Below are positions 29,830-39,926 of a DNA stretch of 64,000 nucleotides, one piece after another. Numbering within the stretch: position 1 is the stretch's first letter; each line of letters starts with the position of its first letter. The DNA is from Candidatus Obscuribacteraceae bacterium (GTDB taxonomy: Bacteria > Cyanobacteriota > Vampirovibrionia > Obscuribacterales > Obscuribacteraceae). Where the stretch lies: positions 783,371 to 847,370 of the forward strand of contig JBGAHS010000004.1 in NCBI GenBank assembly GCA_044226015.1, read 5' to 3'. The notes under the pieces are model-generated. The model was not told the DNA's origin, ran no database searches, and was given only the letters and a program-made list of their open reading frames with translations. The position numbers were made by a program, and so were the translations under genes.

Positions 29830-32800
29830 TTATTTGTCTTCCTCTCTGCGAAGCTGCTTGTAAGCTTCCAAGTCTTCGAAGCTTGATGTCGAAATCTCTT
29901 TCATCAGGTCTCTGGCCTCTGCGCTATTTTTCGCAAGTTTGTGCAAAAGAGTGCGTGCCTCTGTGTTTGGTGGATCAGTCTCCATGGCTCGACGAATGGC
30001 TGCTACTGCGTCTCTGTTTTTGTGCTTTGCCGCCAGAGAATTCGCATTTGACACCAGCACTGCCGCTAGTTTCTTTGCAAGCTGGCTGGCTTTGCTCGTG
30101 CAGAAATCGGCGCCTTGCATGTCTCCTTTTCGCTGGTAAATTTTTGCCATCAAGCGCATGCCTGATAAATCATCGCGTCGTATTTTCAAGAAAGCCTGCA
30201 TGAAGGGTAGTGCGTTTTCTGGGTCATCGAGCTGAAGATAGGCATCTCCTATCATGCCGAGTGCGGTTGGATTTTGCACAATGAAATTTGAATTTGAGAT
30301 ATAGGGAGTCAAGATATCAATCACTTTCTGTGGGTCGCTATCAGCTTTTCCAATGTCTGGAAGCGTTTGATTAGCAATCTGATACCAATCTTTGATATCG
30401 GGACAATATGTTTGGGCTAGCCTGAACTTATACACGGAACTGTTCGGTTCAAGCTTTAAGACTGCCTCAAAATCTTTACGAGCCCGCAATGGTGCTCCAG
30501 CTAGAAGTGATACCAGACCACGAACGCCCAGAGGTTTGGTATCAGCAGGAAACTCCTTTACCGCCTTCTCTGCGAGGGCAAAAGCCTTTTCGAAATTCGC
30601 CTTTCTCTGTGCGTTTATGAGCGCCTGCGCACACAGAGCAAATGAACTCTTTTCTGTTTTGTATGACTCTATCGCCCATTCTTCGGCTAAATTGCTGTCG
30701 AGTACCATGGCTCTTTCGGAAATTCCAGCCATCTTCATTGCGATTTGAGTTTTGCTCATGCCAGTCCAGTCAATCGCATCCCAAACGTTTCCAGAGTTAT
30801 TCAAGAACCATTTTGCATTCTCAGTTACATAACCCATCTGCTCGTATGTTCGAGAAACATCAAATTCAATGTGGTTGCGATCATCGGTGTTGGGCTCGAC
30901 ACCACGAGTTACTTTCTCAATGCCCTCATCAGTCATTATCACTTTTATAGCAAGGTCTTCCGGCACGCTTATGGCACCATACTTAGCGAGATGTTCGCGT
31001 AGGTTTCTTGATTGCAAAGCATACTCAACCTTCTTAAAGTCAATTTTCAGCTCTTCATCAGAAGCGCAAGCGGCGATATCTCCTGTATATGTCTGGAACA
31101 CAAGTATGTGTTTGAAGACATTTTTTAGAGCCTTAAAGACTCTCGCCAAATTGTCGTGGCTCACTTCATTGCTTTGCCACCAGAGGGTGAAGATGCCACC
31201 ATCTTTCAATCTGTCATGGCAAACCTTGAAATAGTCTTGTGTGTAGAGATTGCATACTCCAGCCTGCCATGGATTGGAAGGCTCGGAAGTTATGACATCG
31301 AATTTTTCATCTGTGGCAAGCAAGTAATTTCTACCATCGTTGTATTCGATTCTAAGGCGGGGATCTTGCTCAGGCGCCAGATTGACGTTATGGAAATACT
31401 GAGATGTTTCCACCACCGCTGGTTCGATTTCAGCACAAACCATATTTTTCACCTTGGGAAACATCAAAGCGTAACCCATGGTGCAGCCGCTGCCCCAGCC
31501 CACATCTGCTATGTCGGTGGCTTCTGGCTTAAGTAGTAGCGGAATGGATGGCAGCATTGCTTGAGTGGGCATATCGGTAGGACCATCAGATGCATCGATA
31601 TGACCGTTGGTGAACAAGGAAACTTGCTGGTCTCTGAACCGCACTACTGCTACGTTTGCGCAAATTCCGTCTTTCCAGAACAGTATGTCGAACGTGTTTG
31701 CTATTTGCTCAGCCCATTTTCCGAAATCAGAAGTTGGTTTGCTACTAGCAAAACTCATCGCTCGCCGCAATTTTTGTGACGCCGTGATTAAGTGAAGATT
31801 CCATACCTTCGGCTGTCCCAGAGCCCATATGGCGAGGGCACCAGTGACTACACAGCCCACCGCCTTTAGTGGCATCTTTCCTTCGACAGATGTGAGCAAA
31901 ACAACTACACCGATTAGCGCGTTGGTTAATGCGCAGTCCACTAGGGTTTGTTCCGTACCTAAGTAAGGGATGATGGCAAACCCGGCAAGAAACGAGCCTA
32001 CGATGGCGCCCAGCGTGTTAACCGAGTAGAGAGTTCCAATTGAATTACCCAGCTTTGATAGTTCTTTGGCACAAGCTTTAACAGCTAGAGGAAAAGTCGC
32101 CCCCAAAAGAAGTGCAATCGGCACCATAATTGCCCCGGCCAGTAAGAACCGATTGTTCATACCAACCGTCGGATTATCAATGGCTGTGCTGTTTGCAATT
32201 ACGTTCCAGTATGGAAGGTAGTTAAATAAGACCAGGGAGACAACCCCCATGCCACCCAGTATTATTTGAAGCACAGCAAACCATAAGCAAGGATTCTTCG
32301 CGCGGTCTGCAAAGCTGGACATCAACAAGCTGCCAATAAAAATTCCGATAAGGAATGTCGACAGCATTATTGAAAATGCATATGTTGTCGAGCCGATAAT
32401 TAGTAGAAGACTGCGTGTCCACGAGACTTCGTATATCATCGCAATCGCGCCAGAGAAGCCAAAGGCAAGCAGCATGATTCTTGCTTCTTTTGAAATAGGA
32501 GTTGGCTCTGGGCTGGGCTCCCAGTCTTTTGCTGGCTGTGCTTGCAGGGCAGTCCAGAATCGACTCAGCACCAAGACGACTAGCATTAGAGCAATGTTTG
32601 TAAGCGCTGCTATCATTGTGCTGGTCTTCAGCCCGTAAAGTGGTATCAAATAGAAGCCACCGCTCATGGCACCGGCTACAGCACCCAGGGTGTTTATTGA
32701 GTAAAGTGTTCCGACTCTGGCACCTACCACGTTCAGGCTGCTTGTGATGAAGCGGGAAAGTAAGGGCAAAGTGGCGCCCATACACGCTGTAGGAACGAGA

Positions 32801-33222
32801 AGAATTGCAGATACGACTGCAAAACGAAGCAACGAAAACGGTAAGATTTGCAAGTGTAATGATTGCCAGAATGCTTTGTAAATCGGTAGAGCCGCATCAA
32901 ACATGGATGGCGCCGCAAACGCCCAGAGTCCGATGATACCTTCGAGAATTCCGTACAACAGGAACGGGTTCTTGAACTTATCTGCAATTTTTCCTGCTAC
33001 AAATGAACCCAGTGCAAGACCGCCCATGAAAGCACTTAAAACGGTAGCTGAAGCAAAAGTGCTTGAACCAAACACAAAAACCATTTGCCTGGTCCAGATG
33101 ACCTGATAAATCAGGCTGCTGGCTCCTGAAAAGAAGAAGAGCAAAGCAACTATTAAGAGTTTAGACAGTGGAGTCTTTTCATCCGTAGATGTGTTGCCAG
33201 TCAAAGCAACTCCTTTCTGCAT
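29830..33222 (-). CDS. Fused multi-TM (MFS-like)/spermidine synthase-like protein with C-terminal TPRs, copy 1
   Basis: FFSGASSLIYQVIWTR membrane repeats, then DVGWGSG, AEIEP, NDGRNYL and DVITSEPSNPW, then a TPR tail. Confidence 0.88.
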   Translation of the reverse strand: MQKGVALTGNTSTDEKTPLSKLLIVALLFFFSGASSLIYQVIWTRQMVFVFGSSTFASATVLSAFMGGLALGSFVAGKIADKFKNPFLLYGILEGIIGLWAFAAPSMFDAALPIYKAFWQSLHLQILPFSLLRFAVVSAILLVPTACMGATLPLLSRFITSSLNVVGARVGTLYSINTLGAVAGAMSGGFYLIPLYGLKTSTMIAALTNIALMLVVLVLSRFWTALQAQPAKDWEPSPEPTPISKEARIMLLAFGFSGAIAMIYEVSWTRSLLLIIGSTTYAFSIMLSTFLIGIFIGSLLMSSFADRAKNPCLWFAVLQIILGGMGVVSLVLFNYLPYWNVIANSTAIDNPTVGMNNRFLLAGAIMVPIALLLGATFPLAVKACAKELSKLGNSIGTLYSVNTLGAIVGSFLAGFAIIPYLGTEQTLVDCALTNALIGVVVLLTSVEGKMPLKAVGCVVTGALAIWALGQPKVWNLHLITASQKLRRAMSFASSKPTSDFGKWAEQIANTFDILFWKDGICANVAVVRFRDQQVSLFTNGHIDASDGPTDMPTQAMLPSIPLLLKPEATDIADVGWGSGCTMGYALMFPKVKNMVCAEIEPAVVETSQYFHNVNLAPEQDPRLRIEYNDGRNYLLATDEKFDVITSEPSNPWQAGVCNLYTQDYFKVCHDRLKDGGIFTLWWQSNEVSHDNLARVFKALKNVFKHILVFQTYTGDIAACASDEELKIDFKKVEYALQSRNLREHLAKYGAISVPEDLAIKVIMTDEGIEKVTRGVEPNTDDRNHIEFDVSRTYEQMGYVTENAKWFLNNSGNVWDAIDWTGMSKTQIAMKMAGISERAMVLDSNLAEEWAIESYKTEKSSFALCAQALINAQRKANFEKAFALAEKAVKEFPADTKPLGVRGLVSLLAGAPLRARKDFEAVLKLEPNSSVYKFRLAQTYCPDIKDWYQIANQTLPDIGKADSDPQKVIDILTPYISNSNFIVQNPTALGMIGDAYLQLDDPENALPFMQAFLKIRRDDLSGMRLMAKIYQRKGDMQGADFCTSKASQLAKKLAAVLVSNANSLAAKHKNRDAVAAIRRAMETDPPNTEARTLLHKLAKNSAEARDLMKEISTSSFEDLEAYKQLRREEDK

Positions 33223-33325
33223 GGGAAATTGCAGTTCTTGCCGTGTTTAAGAGAGGCTTTCGCCTGACCGGCACTATCTTACACCCGATAGCAAGAGGGC
33301 GCACTGCTTGAGAATATGCACAGCT

Positions 33326-36300
33326 CTATTTGCTTCTATCTGGTGCAGCAGGCGGAGCTTTGTCCATCGAGTGCTTTTCTAATTCGGTTTCTAATTGACC
33401 AGCTTCTTCATTGGTTTTTGCCATCTTCTTCAACAAATTCCGTGCCTTGAATGAATTTGGATAGTAGTCCAAGCCCCTCTTCAGGGCGGCCAGTGCTAGT
33501 TTCTCTTTTCCTAGATGCAAGAGGTTGGATGCATTTTCAGCATAAGTATCAGCTTTCTGCATGGAGAGTTCCAATATTCTTTGCTTGGCAAATTCTTCTC
33601 CAGCCTTATTAGCTGTCTTTTGATAAGCTTCCAGCAAAATTTTGTATGCTTGCAAACTGTTTGGTGCATACATCGATTGATACTGTTGTATTGCCGCGAT
33701 GCCAGGTTCGGTGTGTCCCGTGCGAAGCAGTGCAAGCCCCATCGTGGCCGCTACTTCAGGATTTTTTGGTACAAAATTATTAGGGTCAAGAGCCATTGAG
33801 CTTCCTAAAATCCCTAATGCCTTATCTGCCTGCGTATCAGCTTCTCCATCATCTTTCATTGGAGTGTTAGAGAGTTGGTACCAGTCTCTTGCTTCCGGTA
33901 AGTAGGACTGCGCGAGGCGGTAAGCATGGTTGGGATCTGTCTTATTGAGAGCATATGCTTTTTCGAGATCTTTTCTCGCTCTTAATGGTGCTCCACCAGT
34001 CAGCGCTATCAAACCACGAATGAAGTAGGTCTTTGGATCAGAAGGATAGTCCTTAATGGCTTTACTGGCGATTTCATATCCCTTTTCCCAATCGCCACTT
34101 TTTTGTGCCGTTGTTATTGCTTGAACACAAAGCGCATAGGCGTTTGGTGCAACACGATAAGACTCTTCTGCCCAAAGCAAGGCATTTGGGTTGTCTTTGG
34201 CCATACCGCACTCAGCAATTAAAGCCATTCGCAACGCCTTCTCATCTTTGCTGGTATAACTCCAGTCGACAGAGTCCCAGAGCTTGCCGGAATTTTGCAT
34301 GAACCATTTGTAGTTCTCTTCGGCATAATTTTTTTGTTCGTGCGTCTTCGATACATCGAACTCAATATAGTTTCTGTCATCAGTGTTGGGGGGAACGTTT
34401 TGGATAAGCTTGTTTATGCTCTCGTCTGTAAGCAGAACCTTAAGGGGCAAATCCTCGACCACTGAAATGCCCCCACTTCGGTCAAGGTAAGTTCGGAGTC
34501 TCTGATTACCCAAGACCCCTTGAACTGCGTTAAGGTCGATTTTCAGTATTTCGTCAGATGCACATACAACTATATCTCCGCCGCCGCTTCGAAAAACGAG
34601 GAGATGCTTAAAGACAGACTTCAGCGCTGCAAACACTTTAACCAGGTTATCGTGGCTTACTTCATTGCTTTGCCACCACATCGCAAAAATGCCACCAGGG
34701 TTAAGTCTGTCATGGCAAATCTTAAAGTACTCTTTTGTGTAGAGATTACAAACCCCAGCCTGCCACGGGTTTGATGGCTCTGACATTATGACGCCAAATT
34801 TTTCATCAGTGGCTAATAGATAGTTTCGTCCGTCATTGAGCTCAACACTTAATCGCTTGTCCTGTTCTGGTCTGAGATTAAACTCCCCAAAGTATGCGGC
34901 TGCATTTAAGACCTCTGGTTCAATTTCAGCACAAGTCAATTTATCGATAGGAAAAGCCAGTGCGTAACCGAGCGAAACACCACTGCCCCAACCAATGTCA
35001 GCTACCGAACCTGCATCTGGTTTTAGAAGTAATGGAATTGCCGCCAGCAAGACCTGGGTAGGCATATCTTCTTTGTTACTCGATGCATCAATATGCCCAT
35101 TTGTGAAAAGTGAAAGGGAATTGTCTTGGAACCTTGCAACAGCGACATTAGCAACAATACCGTCCTTGAAAAATTCCAGTTTGAATAGCTTTTCGACTTC
35201 CTTTACCCATTCAGAATATGATGCTGGTATGGCAGGCATTTCTCCGTCAACTGCTGAAAGCAGAGCCCTGCGCAATCTCTGTGACGTGGTAATGAGACTG
35301 TTGTCCCATGTCTTAGGAACTTGCTGAGCCCACATCAGAAAAATCGCTGCTGACGCGACTCCGAATATCTTGACAGCAAGCCAGCCCCTACTCAAAATCA
35401 TCAAAATGCCGCCAAATACAGCATTTACAGCTGAGCAAGAAACTAGAGTTTGCTCATTGCCTAGATAAGGTATGATAAAAAATCCTGCCGCGAATGCGCC
35501 AACAATTGCTGCCAGCGTATTTAAAGAGTAGAGGTCAGCAACTGAGCGCCCAACACGGTCGAGTCGATCATTGCATACCTTCACTATCAACGGAAACGCA
35601 GCGCCAAGTGAAAGCGAAATTGGCACCATGATTGCTGAGGCAAGAAAGAAGCGCATCGCCATTCCCATGTTGGGGTCGGATGCGAACTGGGCATTCGCTT
35701 TCAAGTTCCAGTAGGGCAAGTAATTGAATAGATTGATGCCAATGTACGATCCTACTGCAAGGGTAAACTGCGTGAAACCCAAAGCCATCACGGGATCTTT
35801 CAACTTGTCCGTAACACGAGAAAGTAGGAAGCTGCCCAGGAATATGCCAGTTAAAAAGGTAGCCAGCATTATAGTAAATGCGTAAGTAGTCGAGCCAATA
35901 ATCATTGTAAGCGCGCGTGTCCAGGCAACTTCATAAATCATGGAAAGTGCGCCTGAGGCACAAAATGTGATTACGGCAAAAATAACGGCGATTTTTCGCG
36001 GAGAACTGTTATCTTTATCATCATCTTCTTCAAGGTTTTCATAGATGTATTCGGGCTCTTCATTCTCTGAACCATCCTCCATTTGCGCTGGCTCTGGCTC
36101 TGGCTCTGGCTTCAACTCTTCAACTGGTGGTATATATGGTGGCATCGACTTTGCGCTAAGTACTACCGCTGTTGCAAGCAAGAGGTTTATTCCAGCGGCA
36201 ATCACTGAAGTGAGGTGCAGCCCCATCGAAGGAATGAGAGCAAAGCCACCTGCGAGAGTTCCGGCAACACCGCCCACGGTATTAATGGCATACAGCTGTC

Positions 36301-36838
36301 CGACTCGCTTACCTACACTGCTAAGACTGCGAGTGACGAAGCGGCTCAGCAGTGGCAATGTTGCCCCCATACAAGAGGTAGGCACGAGCAATATCAAACT
36401 CACTATTAGGAAGCGCAGCAAGGAAAATGGCAGCACCTGTAAGTGATATTGGTGCCAGAACATTTTGTAAATTGGTAGTGCTTGCTCAAAAAGCACTGGT
36501 GCAAGTAGCGCCCAAAAGCCAATGACCGCCTCAAGAATCCCATAAATCAGGAATGGATTGCGAATCTTATCAGCAAACCTTCCGGCTACGAATGAGCCCA
36601 AAGCAAGCCCGGCCATAAAGGCTGATATGACTGTAGCCGAGGCAAAAGTGCTCGAGCCAAATACGAAAACCATCTGTCTTGTCCAGATGACTTGATAGAT
36701 AAGACTTGAAGCACCGGACAAGAAGAATAAGAGCGCGATGATTTTTAGATGTTTTGAGGAAATTTCCTCAGCTTCAACTTGTGATTGATCTACCGAATCA
36801 GTCAACAGTTTGCTCCTTCCCTCAGAAGACAACGACAA
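33326..36838 (-). CDS. Fused multi-TM (MFS-like)/spermidine synthase-like protein with C-terminal TPRs, copy 2
   Basis: Same architecture and motifs (DIGWGSG, AEIEP, NDGRNYL, MSEPSNPW), with an acidic PEPEPE linker. Confidence 0.88.
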   Translation of the reverse strand: MSLSSEGRSKLLTDSVDQSQVEAEEISSKHLKIIALLFFLSGASSLIYQVIWTRQMVFVFGSSTFASATVISAFMAGLALGSFVAGRFADKIRNPFLIYGILEAVIGFWALLAPVLFEQALPIYKMFWHQYHLQVLPFSLLRFLIVSLILLVPTSCMGATLPLLSRFVTRSLSSVGKRVGQLYAINTVGGVAGTLAGGFALIPSMGLHLTSVIAAGINLLLATAVVLSAKSMPPYIPPVEELKPEPEPEPAQMEDGSENEEPEYIYENLEEDDDKDNSSPRKIAVIFAVITFCASGALSMIYEVAWTRALTMIIGSTTYAFTIMLATFLTGIFLGSFLLSRVTDKLKDPVMALGFTQFTLAVGSYIGINLFNYLPYWNLKANAQFASDPNMGMAMRFFLASAIMVPISLSLGAAFPLIVKVCNDRLDRVGRSVADLYSLNTLAAIVGAFAAGFFIIPYLGNEQTLVSCSAVNAVFGGILMILSRGWLAVKIFGVASAAIFLMWAQQVPKTWDNSLITTSQRLRRALLSAVDGEMPAIPASYSEWVKEVEKLFKLEFFKDGIVANVAVARFQDNSLSLFTNGHIDASSNKEDMPTQVLLAAIPLLLKPDAGSVADIGWGSGVSLGYALAFPIDKLTCAEIEPEVLNAAAYFGEFNLRPEQDKRLSVELNDGRNYLLATDEKFGVIMSEPSNPWQAGVCNLYTKEYFKICHDRLNPGGIFAMWWQSNEVSHDNLVKVFAALKSVFKHLLVFRSGGGDIVVCASDEILKIDLNAVQGVLGNQRLRTYLDRSGGISVVEDLPLKVLLTDESINKLIQNVPPNTDDRNYIEFDVSKTHEQKNYAEENYKWFMQNSGKLWDSVDWSYTSKDEKALRMALIAECGMAKDNPNALLWAEESYRVAPNAYALCVQAITTAQKSGDWEKGYEIASKAIKDYPSDPKTYFIRGLIALTGGAPLRARKDLEKAYALNKTDPNHAYRLAQSYLPEARDWYQLSNTPMKDDGEADTQADKALGILGSSMALDPNNFVPKNPEVAATMGLALLRTGHTEPGIAAIQQYQSMYAPNSLQAYKILLEAYQKTANKAGEEFAKQRILELSMQKADTYAENASNLLHLGKEKLALAALKRGLDYYPNSFKARNLLKKMAKTNEEAGQLETELEKHSMDKAPPAAPDRSK

Positions 36839-36879
36839 TATTACACCGGGCTCAGTTTCTTCGCCACTTCAGACAAAAG

Positions 36880-36911
36880 AAGAAGGACCCCGATTAAAGA
36901 GGTCCTTCTTG
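36880..36911 (-). terminator. Intrinsic terminator after rplA
   Basis: AAGAAGGACC...GGTCCTTCTT inverted repeat, followed by T-rich sequence on the minus strand. Confidence 0.8.
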
Positions 36912-36931
36912 AAATGTTATTTTGTCACTGC

Positions 36932-37660
36932 CTAAGCAATCAAGTACTTGTGCAAGTCTTGGAGCTTGTAAACATCGAGTTTGAGACCAGGTCCCATTGT
37001 CGAGCTCAAGTAGCAGGACTTGATGTAGACACCTTTGCAGCTTGCCGGCTTAACTTTGTTGACCTGATCAACAACTGCAGCCAGGTTCTTCAAAAGGCGG
37101 TTATCTTCGAAGGAGATTTTGCCGATGCCCATTTGGACAACGCCACCATCTTTTTCAGCACGGAAAGAAACCTTTCCTGCCTTCAATTCGTTTACTGCTC
37201 TGGCTACGTCTGGTGTGACGGTTCCATCTTTCGGGTTTGGCATCAATCCGCGAGGACCAAGCACCTTACCCAACTTAGATAGCATCACCATGCAGTCTGG
37301 AGTTGCGACGAGTTTGTCGAAATCCATGAAACCTTCGCTGATTTTGGCAACCAGTTCTTCGGCTCCGACTACATCTGCGCCAGCGTCTTGAGCTTCTTTC
37401 TGCTTTTCGCCTTTGCAAACGACTGCAACGCGAACTTCTTTACCGGTTCCACCAGGAAGGTTTACGGTAGAACGAACTTGTTGGTCGTTCAGTTTCGGGT
37501 TGACACCAAGTCTGAAATGAATTTCTACTGTCTCGTCAAACTTGCTGTTTTTCGAGCTTTTCAAAAGCTTGACTGCATCTTCTGCAGCGAGAAGCCCTTG
37601 TTCTTTGGCTTCCGTGTTCACCTTTGATAGTTTTTGTTGTCTTTTGCTGAGCTTAGCCAT
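36932..37660 (-). CDS. rplA: 50S ribosomal protein L1
   Basis: KFDETVEIHFRLGV, LGKVLGPRGLMPNPKDGTV, SSTMGPG. Confidence 0.98.
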   Translation of the reverse strand: MAKLSKRQQKLSKVNTEAKEQGLLAAEDAVKLLKSSKNSKFDETVEIHFRLGVNPKLNDQQVRSTVNLPGGTGKEVRVAVVCKGEKQKEAQDAGADVVGAEELVAKISEGFMDFDKLVATPDCMVMLSKLGKVLGPRGLMPNPKDGTVTPDVARAVNELKAGKVSFRAEKDGGVVQMGIGKISFEDNRLLKNLAAVVDQVNKVKPASCKGVYIKSCYLSSTMGPGLKLDVYKLQDLHKYLIA

Positions 37661-37704
37661 TTGACTAGTTCCTTATTCTCTTTTTGGTTCAATTGTTTGT
37701 GGGC

Positions 37705-38127
37705 TTAGTCAACGACTGTGATGCCCATGTTCTTAGCGGTTCCAACAACCATGCTTTCAGCTGCTTCCAGTGAGGTCGCATTCAAATCTGGCATCTTGAT
37801 TTTGGCGATGTCGCGGATTTGTGCACGGGTCAAAGTAGCCACTTTGTTTTTGTTTGGTTGAGCAGAACCCTTCTCTATGTTTGCTGCCTTTCTGAGAAGA
37901 ACGGAAGCTGGAGGGGTTTTGAGAATGAAATCGAAAGACCTGTCTTCATACACGGTGATTTCAACAGGAACGATCATCCCAGCCTGGTCTGATGTCTTAG
38001 CGTTGTATTCTTTGCAGAACTGCATGATGTTGACACCATGCTGACCCAGCGCAGGACCAATTGGCGGAGCCGGATTTGCCTTGCCGGCCGGGATTTGCAG
38101 TTTGATTTTTCCGACAGCCTTTTTCAC
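37705..38127 (-). CDS. rplK: 50S ribosomal protein L11
   Basis: [35 protein letters not shown]. Confidence 0.99.
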   Translation of the reverse strand: MKKAVGKIKLQIPAGKANPAPPIGPALGQHGVNIMQFCKEYNAKTSDQAGMIVPVEITVYEDRSFDFILKTPPASVLLRKAANIEKGSAQPNKNKVATLTRAQIRDIAKIKMPDLNATSLEAAESMVVGTAKNMGITVVD

Positions 38128-38195
38128 GAGCGTTATTCCTTAAATCGTTCAGAATTACTGATCATATAAGCAGCGGGCAGCTGCAGCTATGACAT

Positions 38196-38756
38196 TTACA
38201 CTTTTATAACCTGGTTGAACTCCAGTTCAACTGGCGTAGCACGACCGAAAATGATGACCGAAGCCTTGATTCTTTCCCGTTCCAGATTGACTTCTGTGAT
38301 TTCTCCTTCGAAGTCTGCAAATGGTCCGCCAGTGATCTTGACTTTGTCACCAACCTTAACATCAATAACAACTGGCTTCTTGCCCTTGCCGCCAGCGATT
38401 GACATCTGCCTGCGGAGAATCTTCCTGATTTCCTGGTCTTGCACAGGACTTGGCTTCTTGCCAGCGCCCACGTACTTGGTCACACCAGGAGCTTCACGAA
38501 CAACTCTCCAGGAGTCGTCGTCAAGAATCATTTCCACAAACACATAACCTGGATACTCGCGCTCTTTCTTTTCGACGCGCTTGCCATCTTTTACCTTTGT
38601 CACCATCTTCTCTGGAACGATGACGCCAAATATCTTGTCCTGAGCGCCCATAGTGAGGATGCGTTTTTCAATGTGCTCCTTCACTTTGTTCTCATGACCT
38701 GATGCGGTCTGCACCGCGTACCAGCGTCTTTGTCCATCGCTATTGATGAATGCCAT
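38196..38756 (-). CDS. nusG: Transcription termination/antitermination factor NusG
   Basis: WYAVQTASGHENKV, YPGYVFVEM, KOW motif and IFGRATPVELEFNQV. Confidence 0.98.
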   Translation of the reverse strand: MAFINSDGQRRWYAVQTASGHENKVKEHIEKRILTMGAQDKIFGVIVPEKMVTKVKDGKRVEKKEREYPGYVFVEMILDDDSWRVVREAPGVTKYVGAGKKPSPVQDQEIRKILRRQMSIAGGKGKKPVVIDVKVGDKVKITGGPFADFEGEITEVNLERERIKASVIIFGRATPVELEFNQVIKV

Positions 38757-38777
38757 CTGTCTTGCTCCGCTTCCTTA

Positions 38778-39188
38778 TTAGTGATGCACACCGATGCCAC
38801 CGCCCATATGTCGGGCTAGTTTGTCGAGTGGCTCGAATACTGCTTTGGCAATTCCGTAGTCAAAGGCGAGAACACAGCCAGTAATCAGTGCTACCAGCAC
38901 TATTACGCTGAGTGTTTCCCTTATTACTTGATTTCGATCTGGCCAGGTGACTTTCTTAAGTTCACCGAGCGAATCAGCGATGAACTGGATAAGTCCAGCC
39001 AGCCCTTGTTTTTCGGTTTGAGCATTGCTGTTTTTCTTAGCCTGCGCCGAACCCGGGTTGGGATTGGGATTTTGAACTTCTGTTGCTGCTACCACTGTCC
39101 CACTGTCCTTGCCCGCTGCGTTCTGCGAGTCCGAGGCTGGTTGCTCGCTCTCGTCAGTTGGGTCTTTGAATTGACCGTTCGCGTTCAC
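38778..39188 (-). CDS. secE: Preprotein translocase SecE with a disordered N-terminal extension
   Basis: ELKKVTWP followed by a TM helix, located between tRNA-Trp and nusG. Confidence 0.93.
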   Translation of the reverse strand: MNANGQFKDPTDESEQPASDSQNAAGKDSGTVVAATEVQNPNPNPGSAQAKKNSNAQTEKQGLAGLIQFIADSLGELKKVTWPDRNQVIRETLSVIVLVALITGCVLAFDYGIAKAVFEPLDKLARHMGGGIGVHH

Positions 39189-39217
39189 TAAACTTGCTCA
39201 AACTGAAGAATAAAACT

Positions 39218-39288
39218 CGCGCCCTGAAGGAATCGAACCCTCACCAAAGGTTTTGGAGACCTTAGTTCTACCATTAAACTAAAGGCGC
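39218..39288 (-). tRNA. trnW: tRNA-Trp (CCA anticodon; 3'-CCA end not encoded)
   Basis: GCGCCTTTAGTTTAATGGTAGAACTAAGGTCTCCAAAACCTTTGGTGAGGGTTCGATTCCTTCAGGGCGCG folds into a cloverleaf, at the canonical position upstream of secE. Confidence 0.96.
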
Positions 39289-39342
39289 GTACGGTAGCTA
39301 GTGCCACCACGGGGACTTACGGCGTCCCCAGACCGTTGAAAC

Positions 39343-39510
39343 CTATTTCTTGGTTTCTTTGTGTTCCGTATGCTTGCGGCAACGTCCACAATACTTGCTT
39401 AAATTGAGTCTGTCTGGATCATTCTTTTTGTTTTTCATGGTTGTGTAATTGCGTTCTTTGCAGTCATTACACGCCAGAGTAATGATCATTCGATCGTCTT
39501 TCTTAGCCAC
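39343..39510 (-). CDS. rpmG: 50S ribosomal protein L33 (Zn-ribbon, CxxC...CxxC form)
   Basis: Manual translation: [55 protein letters not shown] (55 aa, not in the ORF track). Confidence 0.96.
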   Translation of the reverse strand: MAKKDDRMIITLACNDCKERNYTTMKNKKNDPDRLNLSKYCGRCRKHTEHKETKK

Positions 39511-39613
39511 GTTAGTACTCTCCGATACACGAACTATCCTCGTCCGTTCTATTCAGGTCTTTTGCTGGAGAAAGTTTCCAGAAAAAAAAGACCTCTTGCG
39601 AGGTGTTGAATGG

Positions 39614-39643
39614 AGTATATCTTAAGGAAGGAAAACGCGTCAA
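39614..39643 (-). promoter_or_regulatory. Putative sigma70 promoter of the rpmG-rplA cluster
   Basis: TTGACG (39643-39638), 18-nt spacer, TATACT (39619-39614). Confidence 0.6.
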
Positions 39644-39926
39644 CGTCAGCCCCAGTAGTCTTAAGGCTTTTGAAGCAGCTCCTCAGGCATGAAACGGTAT
39701 GCTTTCCTTGCCTCTGTGGCGTAAAGTTAATGCCATCAACGTGTTTGGGACTTAAGGCTGAAATCTGGGCGCTACATATATGAAATAGATTTTCGTAACT
39801 TTGCGTTATCTTCTTGAAAAGTGGGCTCGTGTATTCGTTTGTAGAATTGTGCTCAATCGATGATACCCCCTGTAATTTCAGAGGATACTCTTGTCGGACT
39901 TTCAAATTGGAAAGCTTGAGGAAACT

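Noticed and set aside
39218..39288. tRNA-Trp as an island integration site
   Set aside because: No integrase and no duplicated tRNA 3' end were seen, and the flanking genes are the canonical rpmG and secE.
39549..39905. 118-aa minus-strand ORF upstream of rpmG
   Set aside because: Covers the predicted promoter and leader, with no RBS or recognisable motif.
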